This document shows positions 42,247 through 54,733 of a DNA stretch of 64,000 nucleotides, piece by piece. A model generated the notes under the pieces. That model was not told the DNA's origin. It searched no databases and was given only the letters and a program-made list of their open reading frames with translations. The stretch spans positions 39,296,388 through 39,360,387 of the forward strand of contig NC_092670.1 in assembly GCF_964355755.1 (NCBI RefSeq), written 5' to 3'. The stretch comes from Antedon mediterranea. Taxonomy: Eukaryota; Animalia; Echinodermata. Positions within the stretch are counted from its first letter, which is position 1. Every line of letters begins with the position of its first letter. Position numbers and translations under genes: made by a program.

Positions 42247-45200
42247 ATGAACGTAAACATGCTAGCATTGTTACATTTATACATTATGTTAAGCCTAACT
42301 ATAAGTAATGTGTATACAGGTAAGATATTGAACTCGTTTTAAGAGTTGAAATCTCATATTTTATTAGCGACGGACGATTGTGCACATGTACGGGAAACGT
42401 TTCCCCTCGTTAGTGTGAAGCCTTTTAAAATGGTGCAGATATTTATACAAACTTACACCGGTATTCAATTACGTTAATGCTTTGTTTTTAAAATTATCCA
42501 AACATCTGAATAGCTGCTGACAGCGTATGATAAAGATTCAAGATTCAAGATTCAAGAAATTTTATTTGTCCATAAAAATGGAAATTTACTTTGCTTGGTA
42601 GATTAAAACAACAATATTGCAACAATTTAAAAAAAAATAAATAATAAATAATAAAACGTGCTGTGTTTTAGGTGTTATTGTTTATTTATAGCTCTGTCTA
42701 TCAAACTAGTTTGACAAAAATGTGTGATGTGCCCAAATATGGTAGTGATATGCTTAAATATGGTAGTGATATGACATCATCGGCACATCACATTTTGTTG
42801 TCACATAAAGTTTAATAGACAAAGTTTAAGCCAGTTAATATGTAGTTCCTTTAGTTTGAGTTGATAAGGTGTATTTGCAAAATCCAGAATCACGAAGCAG
42901 CTTTCATCAGATTGCTGATGACACGATTCTGAATTTTGCAAATGTTGGAAAGTAATAAGCTTCTTCTTATTAGTTCAGCCATATTTTTTATCGGTATCTA
43001 CGTTTTCAATGAAAACAAAATAAACATCATTTTTTGTTCAGCCCCTCCTGTATGGTCAAATTGCCCGTCAGATATCGAACAAAATACAGAACCTAATTCA
43101 AATCAGGCGACGGTCATGTGGACGGTACCAACTGTAACTGATGATACTACACCATTGTCAGGACTTGTCATTCAAGAAATATACAATCCTGCGTTGGCGA
43201 CTCCAAGTGTATTTTTAATTGGAACTACTGAAGTTCGTTATACTGCTACTGATACAGATACAGAAGTTGGCTCATGTGATTTTAATGTCACTATCGTCGG
43301 TGAGTATAATAATAATAATTTATGTCATTTCAACACAATAGTAATTCTGGTGGTGTTTTAGAATGAATGAATTAAAGAAGCCTTGCGTGTTATACTTAGA
43401 TGCATCGTATAATTGTATAGACTGCTTCCGTCTGGAGAAAGACGTATCGGAACTGGCCAATCATGGGCCCATATAAAAAGAAACGCGTACCACTTAATAA
43501 TAATAATAATAACACCACTAATAATAATAATAATAATAATAATATTTATTCGGAAAAAGTTCATAAAGTACATTTAAAATTCATCTTGTCAGGAGCAAGT
43601 AATAGGCATGAGCCCAAACAGAAAACTGCTCTTACTCCATCATTACTTATAAAATACAAAAATAACAAAACTAAGTAGCACAAATTAAGTCAAAATAAAA
43701 CAAAACAAAACAAAGTTATAATGAGATACACCAATTAAAAATAAGCTGCATTGAATAAACAATATAAACAATTACAACTTAATATTTTGAGATCAAATGT
43801 TTGATGAGTTGGGCTTTAAAGTCTGAAATTGTAGCACATTGTTTAATTTCTTTGGGAAGTTGCTCCCATAATCTAGGGAAAATAACAAACGATGAATTTA
43901 AAAATGTATTGGTCTTTGCCTTCCAATGTATTAACCGCCATTCACACCTCTCCTTGATCTCACAAACTTACAAAAATACTAAATGATTGAATTAAAAATG
44001 CTTATATCGTTTCTTTTTCCAGTACCATGCAGTGATTTCCCGTGTGTTCCGGGTACGTTGCCATGTGTTTCAGATAGTTCTACGTGTGATGGGAATATTG
44101 ACTGCATAGATGGAGCAGATGAATCAATGTGCTTAGGATTAAAACCATGGAACTTTGCTTCACTCAGTAAGTTTACCATGTTTACACTCTATAAACTCTA
44201 GGCCTACAAAGCTATTTAAAGAACACCAAGGAAGGTGTATGTTAACTACAGTTTAGATAATGACTTCAGTTCACATCGTAGCCTAATCTGATTAAGTTAC
44301 CGATACAGTTTAGAGTAACTAAAACATGAGATGTTTCTAATGATTAAATCGCTAAGTTACTGTGTCTGCTGCCTAAATGTTAAAAATTTTATCTAAGTTT
44401 CAGCAGGCGAAAATGACATCATACTGGCATTTGATGGTGAATACGGAGCAATATACGGAGGACGATTAAGCAACGGGACGTCTGAATTGCAAACTTACTA
44501 TTTCAACAGTACATTTGAATTTTCTGGAATTGACTACGATCCAGTTTTACAAGAAATTTATATAACAGACGTTGCGAACGGACAGATACTAAAGACACCG
44601 CTAAGCGGAGAAAGTTTTACTGTTGTTGTCAGTGACATAAATAGTAAGTTCTAGTTCTTTAGTATAAATCACATTCTCCAAATTAAGTGAAACGTAACAT
44701 TAATATATGAATATACATGATGATTATTTTACTATTTCAGATCCATGGAGTATTAGTATCGCAATTGACCCTATATCTAGAACCATTTTTTGGGCGGCTA
44801 TTAATAGCATTGAGTCTATGCAAATTGATGGAAGTGATCGTAAAACTATAATTACACAGATTAGTTCCGGAACCAACATTGCTGTACTCACGTCAAACAG
44901 GTAACAACAATACTTGATTGATATCTTCGTGTAATTTTAATAATACCTAAAACAACAAAATATGCTCTATACTGTAGTGCTAAATACATCCTGTTATATA
45001 AACCTGTCTACTTATTTATCCACTTTTATACAACCAATTTTTTCTCAACGTAAAAAGCTGAAATTCATTGCTGCCGCTTGCCTTCAATTCAATCCAAATT
45101 ATTATATTCCAACCTAAGAAGTCTAAGTTCTGGTCAAGAAGGGCACAAAGGCATTGATTGTAACCATGTAATGGAAAACAAAATTACCATAGTACGATTA

Positions 45201-48200
45201 AGGGACCTCTATACAAAACAAAGCAGAGGACAGATATGTATAAACAAGGCCAACAGCCATTAAGTCGCGTGCTACAATGCATAGTGATACCGGACCGACA
45301 GACAGACCGACAGACCGACAGACAGACCGACCGACCGACCGACATAGTGAACTATAGAGTCGCGTCCACGCGACTAAAAACATACAAACAAAAAACCGAT
45401 AATTTTTTTTAATGTTTTGGTATATTAAAATAATTCTTAGTGGTGGAATTTAAATTTGTAAATACCTATCCTTCAAATAAGCAAGATTTATTCAATTGGA
45501 GACGGGTCAAATTATGTTTTGTTATATTTTAATATTGTGTATTTTTTAGTACAGTTATTCGCTATGTTGTGTATATTAGTCTACTCTACTGCATTTGCAA
45601 TCCTGGCATTGAAACTTCAAATTGAACCATTATAAGTTGACACAACATTGAACTGGACCTTTCTAGTACTGTATTTCTTGATATATAGGCCTATGTGATC
45701 AATGGTTTATATTAATATTTTTATAGAACATTATTTTGGTCTGGTGACAGTTCTATTGACCGAGGTACTTACGAGGGTCGAGATAAGCAGCGGATACTGG
45801 ACCAATTGTATGGGGTTGAAAGTATATCATTAGATGTGGAAGGTATAACCGATATGTTTCTAAAAGGATTTTGACAGATGAATGTACAGTAGACCTACGG
45901 ATGATACAACCATATTCTGGTTATTTCAGTAGGCCAACAGTTGCACTAAATTAAAACCAATATAATAATTAAGTTGAATTTTATAATTAGATAGTGACAG
46001 CATAGGCCTATATGGTTTGAATTACATAATTAGATAGTGACAGCATAGGCCTATATGGTTTGAATTACATAATTAGATAGTGACAGCATATGGTTTTTCC
46101 AAATGTGGCATACAACGTCTATGGTTGTCGATGCTAAAATATAACCACACAAAATTATACAGGCTTCGTTTGGGAATATCTCGTTTACAATAATTCAGTT
46201 TCAGTTTTATTATCCATTTTACAAATAATATAGACAAAACTCCAAACAAATAACAGTAACACCAAAATCAAAGTGCAGATGCTCGAAGGAACTTCGCCGG
46301 AAAAAAATAAATATAACTTTAATAGGCTGCATAGGCAATTGTTTTGAATTGATGATGTTCGGTAGAAGCTCATGTACAATTTCATCATAATTTCAATAAC
46401 GACCTAAGCAAAAAAAGCATCTTCACAACTTTTTATTTTAATTAGGTGGTTGGCTGTATATTGTTAGTGACGTTTTGTATGATGATGGAAAATCCATAAT
46501 TTATAGAACCGATTACTGGGGAAACTCGATGCAGAATGTTCATAAAACTGAACCGAATATATTCAACGTGTTTTATTATCAAGACTTCATTTATTATACG
46601 AGTTGGGACAAGGATAACATAAAGAAAGTTAAAGCAACCATAAACGCAAATATATCCACACCAGTCACAACAAAGGTATTTCAGGACATTGAACTGAATT
46701 TCTCACAAACTGGAGTTATCATTATGTCTTACAAAGGTGTGTCATTATTATTATTATGTTCATTCCATTCGTAATCGTGTGTATTTGTTATTTATGTGTG
46801 TATTGTAATGTAATTAATGTAGGCCTAAATAATAAATATTGTTCAGCACTATTGGAAAACAACTTGACATTTTCCCTACTACAATTGTTTTGAAAAATAC
46901 CATTCATATTCTCATCATACTTGCCGGTGTACAGTAATCAAGGCGATAAAGGGGTTTTCCGTGGCTGCATGCGGCATGATCAGTTTCACGCCCCTTAAGC
47001 TTGGTTCCCACTAGAACGTAACGCAAGGACGTAAACGCAACGCAAGCGTTTTAACCAATGACAAGCGAAGTTATAGACAGTTAGCAATCACAAGCGAATA
47101 AGCCATCGCTTGTGATTGGTCAATTCACTTGCGTTGCGTTACGTCATTGCGTTGCGTCGCTAGTGGGAACCACGCTTTACAGACAACGCGCGGAGAATAT
47201 GTACATAGTACAGTACTGTTGGTATCAGACATAAGGTGAAAGGACTGTTACGTCGAGTTCCTATCTTGACAAGGCGAGCTCATCAGGGTCCTGTTGTTAT
47301 ATTGCCTTGGTGTATCCACATGAGATATCTGTGTACCATCAAAGACCAGTACGGTAACGACTACAAAATGTCATAATCCGAGATAAGCATGCATATTCCT
47401 CAGAAATGAATGGTTGTCTGGAAGATTTTATATTACCAACAGATGATGGTAAAACCAATCGACCAGTAACCCATTGGATAGAACTAAAAGCAACATTATG
47501 TTCATTAGATAACACTAACAGTAACATATATAATTCCACAGACACTTTCAAGAAAATATAGCGTCATAAAATGATATTGATAGTAATACATTTCTAGGAA
47601 CCGTTTGAAGTAATCTTTAAGTTTGTTTGTTTTTCTACGGTAACCGTGTTCAAATTTTCATACCGTGTTCCATTTTTACCATTGGCCATTGGTACCCGAG
47701 TCATATTTGGTAAAAACTCTAAAAGTCTAAATAATATTTAGAATTTAATTCTAGTCAATCTACTAGAATTTTTTCTTGTATAAAATAGAAGATAACTTTC
47801 ATGAATCGTTATGCAAAATGAATTTCATTTAAGATACCGAGAATCCTGTTGTAACTTGTCCGAGTGACATCATCACCAACTCGACCGATGACACCACAAC
47901 TGCTGGACTGACATACAACGCAACGTCAACTGACAACGTTGGTATTGCTTCTGAAAGTTTTAATATTCCTTCTGGATCAATCTTTGAATCTGGTGAAACT
48001 ACTGTGATTTTTACGGCGTTGGATTCATCTGGCAATCAGGGAACCTGTTCGTTCACTGTCACAGTTGAAGGTAGGTTTCCAGACTCGTAAGGTAGACTAC
48101 TACACTCTTCAGTGGTGAACGTTTGTTTGATTGTAAATGTGGAAATTGTGTGGAATCAAAAGCTCTTCGTCTGTACTGTGTTGAGTCCATTGTAACCTGG

Positions 48201-51200
48201 AATCGGGAATATATAGAAATAATAATATAGAAACTATATGGAAATTAAAGAGCAAAGTGTGTTTTATTTATCATCTCACGAGGTTTCACAAAAAAAAAGA
48301 GACCCGCGAATAATGACAGTATGGCACGTCAAAGGTGCATTATATATGAGGGGATAACTTAACACCCCCACATCACCTCATAATCTTAAACCACTACAAA
48401 AATAACACACAAAATTCAATACAACAATGTAACATTTTTAACATCAACTATTCTCCAAATAGAAATATTTTGAATTTCTCTAGTTTAACCTTGGTGGCTG
48501 GTTTGGTTAAAATATCTGCCACCATGTCTTCTGTTGGACAATACTGGATATTTATTTGTCCATCTTTTAAGACATCCCTTATGAAATGATACCGTATATC
48601 TATATGCTTAGACCTTTGTCTTTGCACTGGGTTTCTGCTTAATGCTATAGCACCTTGGTTATCACATGAAATATGAGCACATTTAAACTCATTGGGACAG
48701 ATATCATTTAACAACTGCAGTAGGTAAAGGGCCTCCTGTGTTGCAGCCCCAAGACCCATATATTCAGACTCACAGGTGGACAGTGCCACAGTAGGCTGTC
48801 TTCTGGTTTTCCAAGATATTGGAGCACTACATTCATTCAAACTAAAGATATACCCAGTGGTACTCTTCCTATCATCCGAACTAGCCCAATCAGAATCACA
48901 ATACGAGGTTAATTTCATTGAATCAGATTTTCTATAAACTAATTTATGATTTACAGTGCCTTTTAGGTATCTTAATACATGTTTTGCTGTGGTTAAATCC
49001 TCTAACTTGGGGTCAGCTAAACTTCTGGAGAGTTTACTGACAACCCATGTGATATCTGGTCTTGTACATGTAGCTAGATAAATTAAACTTCCAACTATTT
49101 CCCTGTATCTGTCTAATTGTACTTTCTCATTATTTGGACCGGTGCCAGTCTGTACTTCACAGGGGGTTGACCTTGTCTTACAGTTAGACATATTAAATTT
49201 TTCAAGTACTTTCAGTGTATATCGTGTTTGGTTCATAGTTATCTTATCGGCTTCTTGTTTGAAATCAATTCCAAGGAAATAGCTGATTTCCCCAAGGTCT
49301 TTCATTTTAAACTCATTTTTCATATTTGTCTTAAAATCACTAAGTACATTCTCATTTGTGGCTGCAATTAATATATCGTCAACCCATATTACAACAATTA
49401 CTAAGTCATCTTTGTTGCGTTTTGTATATACACAGTAGTCTGCTGGGTTTCTTTTGAAATCATTACTCTTCAAGTGGTTGTGCAGCAGCTGATTCCAATT
49501 TCGACCTGACTGTTTGAGCCCGTATAATGACTTGTTCAATTTTAATACTAATTTTTCCCCATTTTCAGACTTAATTTCGTAACCTTCAGGTTGGCTTAAG
49601 TATATTTCGGTATCAATATCTGCATTTAAGTATGCAGATTTCACATCCATCTGGTGGACTATAAGGTTATGTTGTACAGATATTTGCATTAATGTTCTAA
49701 TTGAGGTCAAATTGGCTGTGGGCGAGAATGTCTCATGATAGTCTATGCCTTTTATTTGGTTAAAACCCTTGGCAACGTATCTTGCCTTGTACGTGTGATT
49801 ACCCTCGGCCGATTCCTTTATAGCAAATACCCATTTTCCGCCAATGAGGTGTTTGTCATTGGGTAATGTGACTATCTTAAAGGTGTTATTATCTTTCAAT
49901 GATTGTAATTCTTCATCCATTGCCCTTTTCCAACTTTCTGAATATTGGGAATTTGTAGCTTCTGTATATGTTAAGGGAACATTTTGACATGACATATGAT
50001 AGATCGAATCATCACTGTCAAATTCAGTCTCATACTCCTGTAGGTAATTGGGATACTTTCTCTCCCTTTGAGGGTACCTTCTGTGGGCATTCATCAATAT
50101 CTACCCCATTGTTGTCATTTTCCTCTAAGTTATCATAATTATTAACATTTGGGGTATTTTCATGTTCAATAATTTGGGATTCATTTGTGTTCTCATTATC
50201 CTCCAAGTTTACATTTGTTTCGTCACTTTCATCTGTCTGTGTTTGTTGGTTGGTGTTAGATGTTTGGTCAGATATAATTTTTATCAATCTGAATTTCTGA
50301 ACTTTGCCAGTGTTTGGGTCATAGATTAAATATGCTGGACTAGATGAATCATATCCCAGAAATATACCACGCTTACTCTTAGGTTCTAGTTTCTTTGAGT
50401 TATGTATGTATGCGTAGCAAGGTTTTCCAAAAATGTGCATTTTTCCCAAATTTGGTTTATAGCCAGTCATGGTCTCAAAAGGAGTCTTATTTAGGCGTTG
50501 GTTGAAACAACGGTTTCTTATATAGGTCGCTGCTCTTACTGCATAAGTCCATAAGGACTTTGGCAGTGAAGATTCCAGCAAAAGACATCTACCCATTTCA
50601 AAAAGAGTGCGCCAATTACGTTCCGCGGTTCCATTTTGATGGGGTGAATTTGGAGATGAAAACTCATGTTTAATACCTCTATCTGTCATTAGGCTTTTGA
50701 AGTCAGAACTGACATATTCACCACCGTTATCAGTTCGCAAGCACTTAACTTTGCCTATTGGGGCACAGTCAGAAAGAAATTGTTTGGTAGCTGCTGCAGC
50801 ATCACTTTTCATTCTGAGGAAGTAAACAAAAACAAAACCAGAATGGTCATCAGTAAATGATATGGCGTATTTGAATTCGTCTTTAGCCAATGGTGATATT
50901 GGCCCTGCCAGATCAGAATGTACTAAGGCTAATGGACAATTTGCCCTTTTGTCTGGTTCTCTATTTCTTACATTAACAAATTTACCTTCAGTGCATATGT
51001 TACATGTTTCCTTAACTTTACTACCTTTGATTTCCATGCCGTCCACTACCTTTTCTAATTTTAGTACATCGTCAAAGTTACAATGTCCTAGGACTCTATG
51101 CCAATATTGTAAATCTTTAACAAGGCTTAATTTATCTACTTCTCTAGGTGCACTTGTGGTTGGTAAGTAGTATAGGTTGTCAATAATACTCATTTTGAAT

Positions 51201-54200
51201 GTTCTTCCAGCATTAGTGATTGTGTTTTCTTCTTTACTAAGGGTTACTCTTGCTCCTGTTGTCGTTGCAGCTCTTACGCTCATTATGTTGTGTGGGTACG
51301 TTGGTATGTACAGGGCATTTTTTAAGACAGTTTCTACTTTCTCGTTGTTTTCATCTATCAGGTTTATGTGTGCATGTCCTCTCTTTACTGCAACACCTTT
51401 TGCTACGCTACCATCCGCAAGTTCAATAGTATGATTAAGGCTTTTAAAGGTTGGATCAAAACTGGAGAATTTCTCTCGGTCATTTACTACATGTGAGGTG
51501 CAGCCAGTGTCTACTAAAATACCATTTTGACATGTTATGTTTCCTGACACTTGAAAGAAAAAGGAATGTTCAAATCCATCCTCCGCTTTCTTTATTTGGT
51601 CCTTTGGTTTATTTCTGAAACAGTCCTTGTCAAGGTGATTGGCATTCTTGTGGTATTTACAGGTTTTTGTAGGGCAATCTTTTATCAAGTGGTTAGGTGA
51701 TCCGCACTCGTAGCATTTTCTGGAGTTTTGTGGGTTTCCAACTTTCATCACTCTGTCGTTATTAGATTCTGGTGTATTTAGTTTCTCTGATTCTGCGAAC
51801 TTTCTTAAGGATGTTTTAAATTCTACAAAAGATATGTCTTTTTCTTGTGTATTTATGTATATTTTAAATGGAGCGTATGCTCCAGGCAAACCTTTTAATA
51901 CCATTGCTGTTAGAAGTGCGTCACTAGGTGTTTCTTTTGCTCTTTGTAATGATGTGATAATCTTTTCCACTCTGATAATGAACGACGTGCAGTCCTCCTC
52001 ACCCATTTCGAGTGTTGTTAGTTTGGTGTAAAGTTGCACCACTTTTGGTTTAGATTTGCTAGAATATTCGGTTCTTAAAATAGACAGAGCTTTTCTCCCG
52101 TCATCAGTTGCATCGTTAATGATCAACGATAATGACTTGTCGTCCAGGAATTGTATCAGCTCCGAATACGCCTTTTCATTTTTATGGTTGTCATCGTCGG
52201 TGGCTGGCTCCGGCTGTGTAGACGTAATCGTGCTTTTTAACGCTGGTTTTAGTGTGTTTAGGTACCCTAGAAATTTTACTTCCCAAAGTTCATATTTTTC
52301 TTCATCTCCGTTAAAAAGCAATCTTTGAAAACGGCTGGGCCCATAACCTGTTGAATCCATTGTAACCTGGAATCGGGAATATATAGAAATAATAATATAG
52401 AAACTATGGAAATTAAAGAGCAAAGTGTGTTTTATTTATCATCTCACGAGGTTTCACAAAAAAAAAGAGACCCGCGAATAATGACAGTATGGCACGTCAA
52501 AGGTGCATTATATATAAGGGGATAACTTAACATACTGTATATAATTTATTATAAACTTTGTTTTACAGAACCCATCTGTGCTAAGAAATGCAGTAATGGC
52601 GGAACATGTATGGTAAACAATGGCGTAGAAGAATGCCAATGTGCGACGGACTTTGAGGGTGATAACTGTGAAAACAACGAATGTACGTAATTCAATTAAA
52701 TGTTTCAAAAAAATGTATAAAAATATAACCTATATTTTGATGTCCCTTCATTGACAATCCAGTAAAGCAGTAATGATTCTTTCAAGGGACGTGCATGGCT
52801 TTTGTTACACTGCAAGTTCAAGACGAATACGTTTTTAAAATTCATCGTCTGTTACATATCCTAGAATATGCAGCAGACTTCCAAAGAAATTAGACAATGT
52901 TCTACAGTATCAGACTTTAGCTCACCAAACATGTTATCTTGAAGTACTAACATAAGTTTATGTGCTTTGGTTTAATTATTACTACTTTCTATGTATTTCA
53001 GTATATATTTTATTTGTGTTAATGTTGGAGTATTACTCCTGGCAAATGTTTTAACCTATCGAAAATTATTTTTTTAGCCAGTTCTTTCTTTCTTTCTGGC
53101 AACATTTTAAAACGCTACTTGTTGCAAACGACTACTTTAATTTCCTCCACACTCGTGTGGTGTTCATAACTTGGGGTCAAAGATCAAAAGAGGATTAGTA
53201 TAGTACAAATTACAGAAAATTGATAAAAGACTACTTCTCTCCACAAATGACATACTAGTCAAGTGTTGTCTTTCGCACATGTGTATTGTTATGATAGTAG
53301 TGTATTCGGGGTGTCCATAGAATTAGGGTCAAAGGTCAGGAAGGGGATATTTGTTGTTGATATCAGTTCCATTCCATTATTTTTTTAATATACACTATAC
53401 ATATACACTGGACTCAGTCAGTGTGTTATGGGTCAACTCAAGATTAGAATGTGTTTAAAGTTTATTCAAAACAATAGATAGTACATTATTTTCCGTTGCA
53501 CATCATTCTCATGAGAAAGAGTTTATATGGTGTTCAAGGATGTTGGATCAATTTCGATTTCAATTTTTCGATGGGTAAAGATATTTTCAATTTCATATAC
53601 AACGTCATAATTGGAATGATAAATTATCGTATTTTACAGCTTCATCAAGTTCAATAGAGATTGCAATAGGATTGTTCTTTGCCGGCATTGTTATTGGACT
53701 GTTGGTTTCTGCTGGAGTCGTATTTAAACACAAATGGTCTATAAAGGTGTGTAAGAGCCCGTTCGGACGTAATTTACACGTGTAATGGTCGCGTGTGGCG
53801 TAAATAATTGAGATAAACTTTCAGCAAGATAATGAACAATTTCAATGGCTAGTTTATCTCAAAATGTACACCACACGCGACCATTGCACGTGGAAATTGT
53901 TACGTCCGAACGGGCTCAAAGGAAGAAGAGGAGGAATGAATTTCTAACATTATACAGAAAGGAAATTCTGCTATAAACACACTACTATTTTTTCAGTAGT
54001 AGGTAGTTAGCTGATCTTACCATATCTCGTGGCTCCTGAGAAAATGCAAACAAAAAATGTTGAGTATTTTTTATACAGCGCGAAAATTGAATAAATACTG
54101 AGTATTTTGAACTATACGATCCACTGCTAAGAACGTGCAACACAAAAAATATAGAAATAGAAATGTGACTAACCGATACATAGTACCTTCATTTTGTCTT

Positions 54201-54733
54201 ATTTGTGCTTCGAGATTCCAAGGTTCTAAAAAACGGGCACGCAATGAAGATTAACATCATAAAGTAGTAATTCATTTTTTTAATTTATTTTTATAATTCA
54301 CAGAAGAAATCGGCCGAAAACGGATTTATTGATTCAAGTAATCCCGATGTAAGTTGTTAACTTTACAAAAAACTATATTATATCCTATGCACACCATGTC
54401 ATCCCTTTCTAAAATAAATCCATCCCGATTCCGATTCTGTTGGTGAACCATTCCTCGCTCACTTTACCATTTACTGTATCCTTATTCTAATGATATTACT
54501 AATTATTTAACAATTTCTTCGGATCCTCATTAAGTGCAAGATCACATCCACACTTAGGTATCGTGTTATTAAAAAGTTCTAATCGGCTGGTGTTTTTTTT
54601 TCAGGCACACACGGACACTAAGGAACTGCATGAATACATGGCAACCATAGAGCCAGTTGGCATAGACAACAATGACACTCTATATATGACTGTAGAAGAC
54701 ACGGTTGAAGATTACATTAGTACATTAATGTAA
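42247..54733 (+). CDS. HYR receptor C: SP-HYR-LDLa-YWTD propeller-HYR-EGF-TM-tail, ~637 aa
   Basis: Exons 42247-42319, 43042-43299 (HYR), 44023-44166 (LDLa CDGNIDCIDGADE), 44404-44643, 44741-44900, 45727-45842, 46446-46736 (IDYDP..IYITD, IFWA, LFWS, IYYTS repeats), 47834-48070 (HYR), 52569-52682 (EGF), 53640-53746 (TM), 54304-54348, 54605-54733. Phases all compatible; total 1914 nt. Confidence 0.78.
43560..43970 (-). mobile_element. 3' LINE fragment (related copy on + strand at ~52800-52950)
   Basis: Peptide FPRLWEQLPKEIKQCATISDFKAQLIKHLISKY* followed by a 3' UTR and (TAT)n tail. Confidence 0.65.
45243..45380 (-). mobile_element. Short HINE-like element
   Basis: AACAAGGCC..AGTCGCGTG, GACA/GACC microsatellite, AGTCGCGTCCACGCGACT hairpin followed by AAAAA. 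Confidence 0.7.
45983..46097. repeat. Tandem repeat, ~2.6 x 43 bp
   Basis: Unit ATAATTAGATAGTGACAGCATAGGCCTATATGGTTTGAATTAC; the third copy lacks the GGCCTA-containing segment. Confidence 0.9.
46998..47176. mobile_element. PIF/Harbinger-like MITE, subfamily 1, copy 2
   Basis: TTA TSD; near-identical to 15192-15369. Confidence 0.88.
47404..47560 (+). pseudogene. Decayed HYR pseudo-exon in a receptor C intron
   Basis: MNGCLEDFILPTDDGKTNRPVTHWIE, homologous to exon 37486-37722 but internally deleted. Confidence 0.65.
48448..50097 (-). CDS. Copia reverse transcriptase-RNase H (frameshifted from the upstream ORF)
   Basis: YKARYVAKG, QMDVKSAYL, LYGLKQSGRNW, WVDD, CDSDWA, SKHIDIRYH, ADILTK. Confidence 0.95.
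   Translation of the reverse strand: MMNAHRRYPQRERKYPNYLQEYETEFDSDDSIYHMSCQNVPLTYTEATNSQYSESWKRAMDEELQSLKDNNTFKIVTLPNDKHLIGGKWVFAIKESAEGNHTYKARYVAKGFNQIKGIDYHETFSPTANLTSIRTLMQISVQHNLIVHQMDVKSAYLNADIDTEIYLSQPEGYEIKSENGEKLVLKLNKSLYGLKQSGRNWNQLLHNHLKSNDFKRNPADYCVYTKRNKDDLVIVVIWVDDILIAATNENVLSDFKTNMKNEFKMKDLGEISYFLGIDFKQEADKITMNQTRYTLKVLEKFNMSNCKTRSTPCEVQTGTGPNNEKVQLDRYREIVGSLIYLATCTRPDITWVVSKLSRSLADPKLEDLTTAKHVLRYLKGTVNHKLVYRKSDSMKLTSYCDSDWASSDDRKSTTGYIFSLNECSAPISWKTRRQPTVALSTCESEYMGLGAATQEALYLLQLLNDICPNEFKCAHISCDNQGAIALSRNPVQRQRSKHIDIRYHFIRDVLKDGQINIQYCPTEDMVADILTKPATKVKLEKFKIFLFGE
50030..52360 (-). CDS. Copia Gag-protease-integrase
   Basis: MDSTGYGP start; CCHC knuckle CYECGSPNHLIKDC; protease VDTGCTSH; integrase WHRVLGH..CNIC, HSDL, RTDNGGEY, AER. 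Confidence 0.93.
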   Translation of the reverse strand: MDSTGYGPSRFQRLLFNGDEEKYELWEVKFLGYLNTLKPALKSTITSTQPEPATDDDNHKNEKAYSELIQFLDDKSLSLIINDATDDGRKALSILRTEYSSKSKPKVVQLYTKLTTLEMGEEDCTSFIIRVEKIITSLQRAKETPSDALLTAMVLKGLPGAYAPFKIYINTQEKDISFVEFKTSLRKFAESEKLNTPESNNDRVMKVGNPQNSRKCYECGSPNHLIKDCPTKTCKYHKNANHLDKDCFRNKPKDQIKKAEDGFEHSFFFQVSGNITCQNGILVDTGCTSHVVNDREKFSSFDPTFKSLNHTIELADGSVAKGVAVKRGHAHINLIDENNEKVETVLKNALYIPTYPHNIMSVRAATTTGARVTLSKEENTITNAGRTFKMSIIDNLYYLPTTSAPREVDKLSLVKDLQYWHRVLGHCNFDDVLKLEKVVDGMEIKGSKVKETCNICTEGKFVNVRNREPDKRANCPLALVHSDLAGPISPLAKDEFKYAISFTDDHSGFVFVYFLRMKSDAAAATKQFLSDCAPIGKVKCLRTDNGGEYVSSDFKSLMTDRGIKHEFSSPNSPHQNGTAERNWRTLFEMGRCLLLESSLPKSLWTYAVRAATYIRNRCFNQRLNKTPFETMTGYKPNLGKMHIFGKPCYAYIHNSKKLEPKSKRGIFLGYDSSSPAYLIYDPNTGKVQKFRLIKIISDQTSNTNQQTQTDESDETNVNLEDNENTNESQIIEHENTPNVNNYDNLEENDNNGVDIDECPQKVPSKGEKVSQLPTGV
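53755..53917. mobile_element. Fold-back MITE, 163 bp
   Basis: TIR GAGCCCGTTCGGACGTAA with ~65-bp imperfect arms; flanks TAA/AAA; absent from the paralogous intron start at 31997. Confidence 0.8.

Larger units (their letters stand above)
33120..43310. repeat. Segmental duplication blocks of the receptor cluster
   Basis: Approximate homologous blocks: 27770-30200, 34400-35560 and 40740-43310; 33120-34400, 39500-40740 and 54590-55330; 36840-37220 and 57340-58065. Shared intergenic text and shared LINE and MITE insertions. Confidence 0.85.
48179..52532 (-). mobile_element. Full-length Ty1/copia LTR retrotransposon, 4354 bp
   Basis: LTRs 52349-52532 and 48179-48364 (TG..CA; two substitutions and one 2-nt indel), 5-bp TSD TACTG, PBS GGTTATGGGCCCAG, purine-rich tract ending GGGGG before the 3' LTR. 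Confidence 0.97.

Noticed and set aside
50862-52328. Plus-strand ORFs within the copia element
   Set aside because: Antisense shadows of gag-pol.
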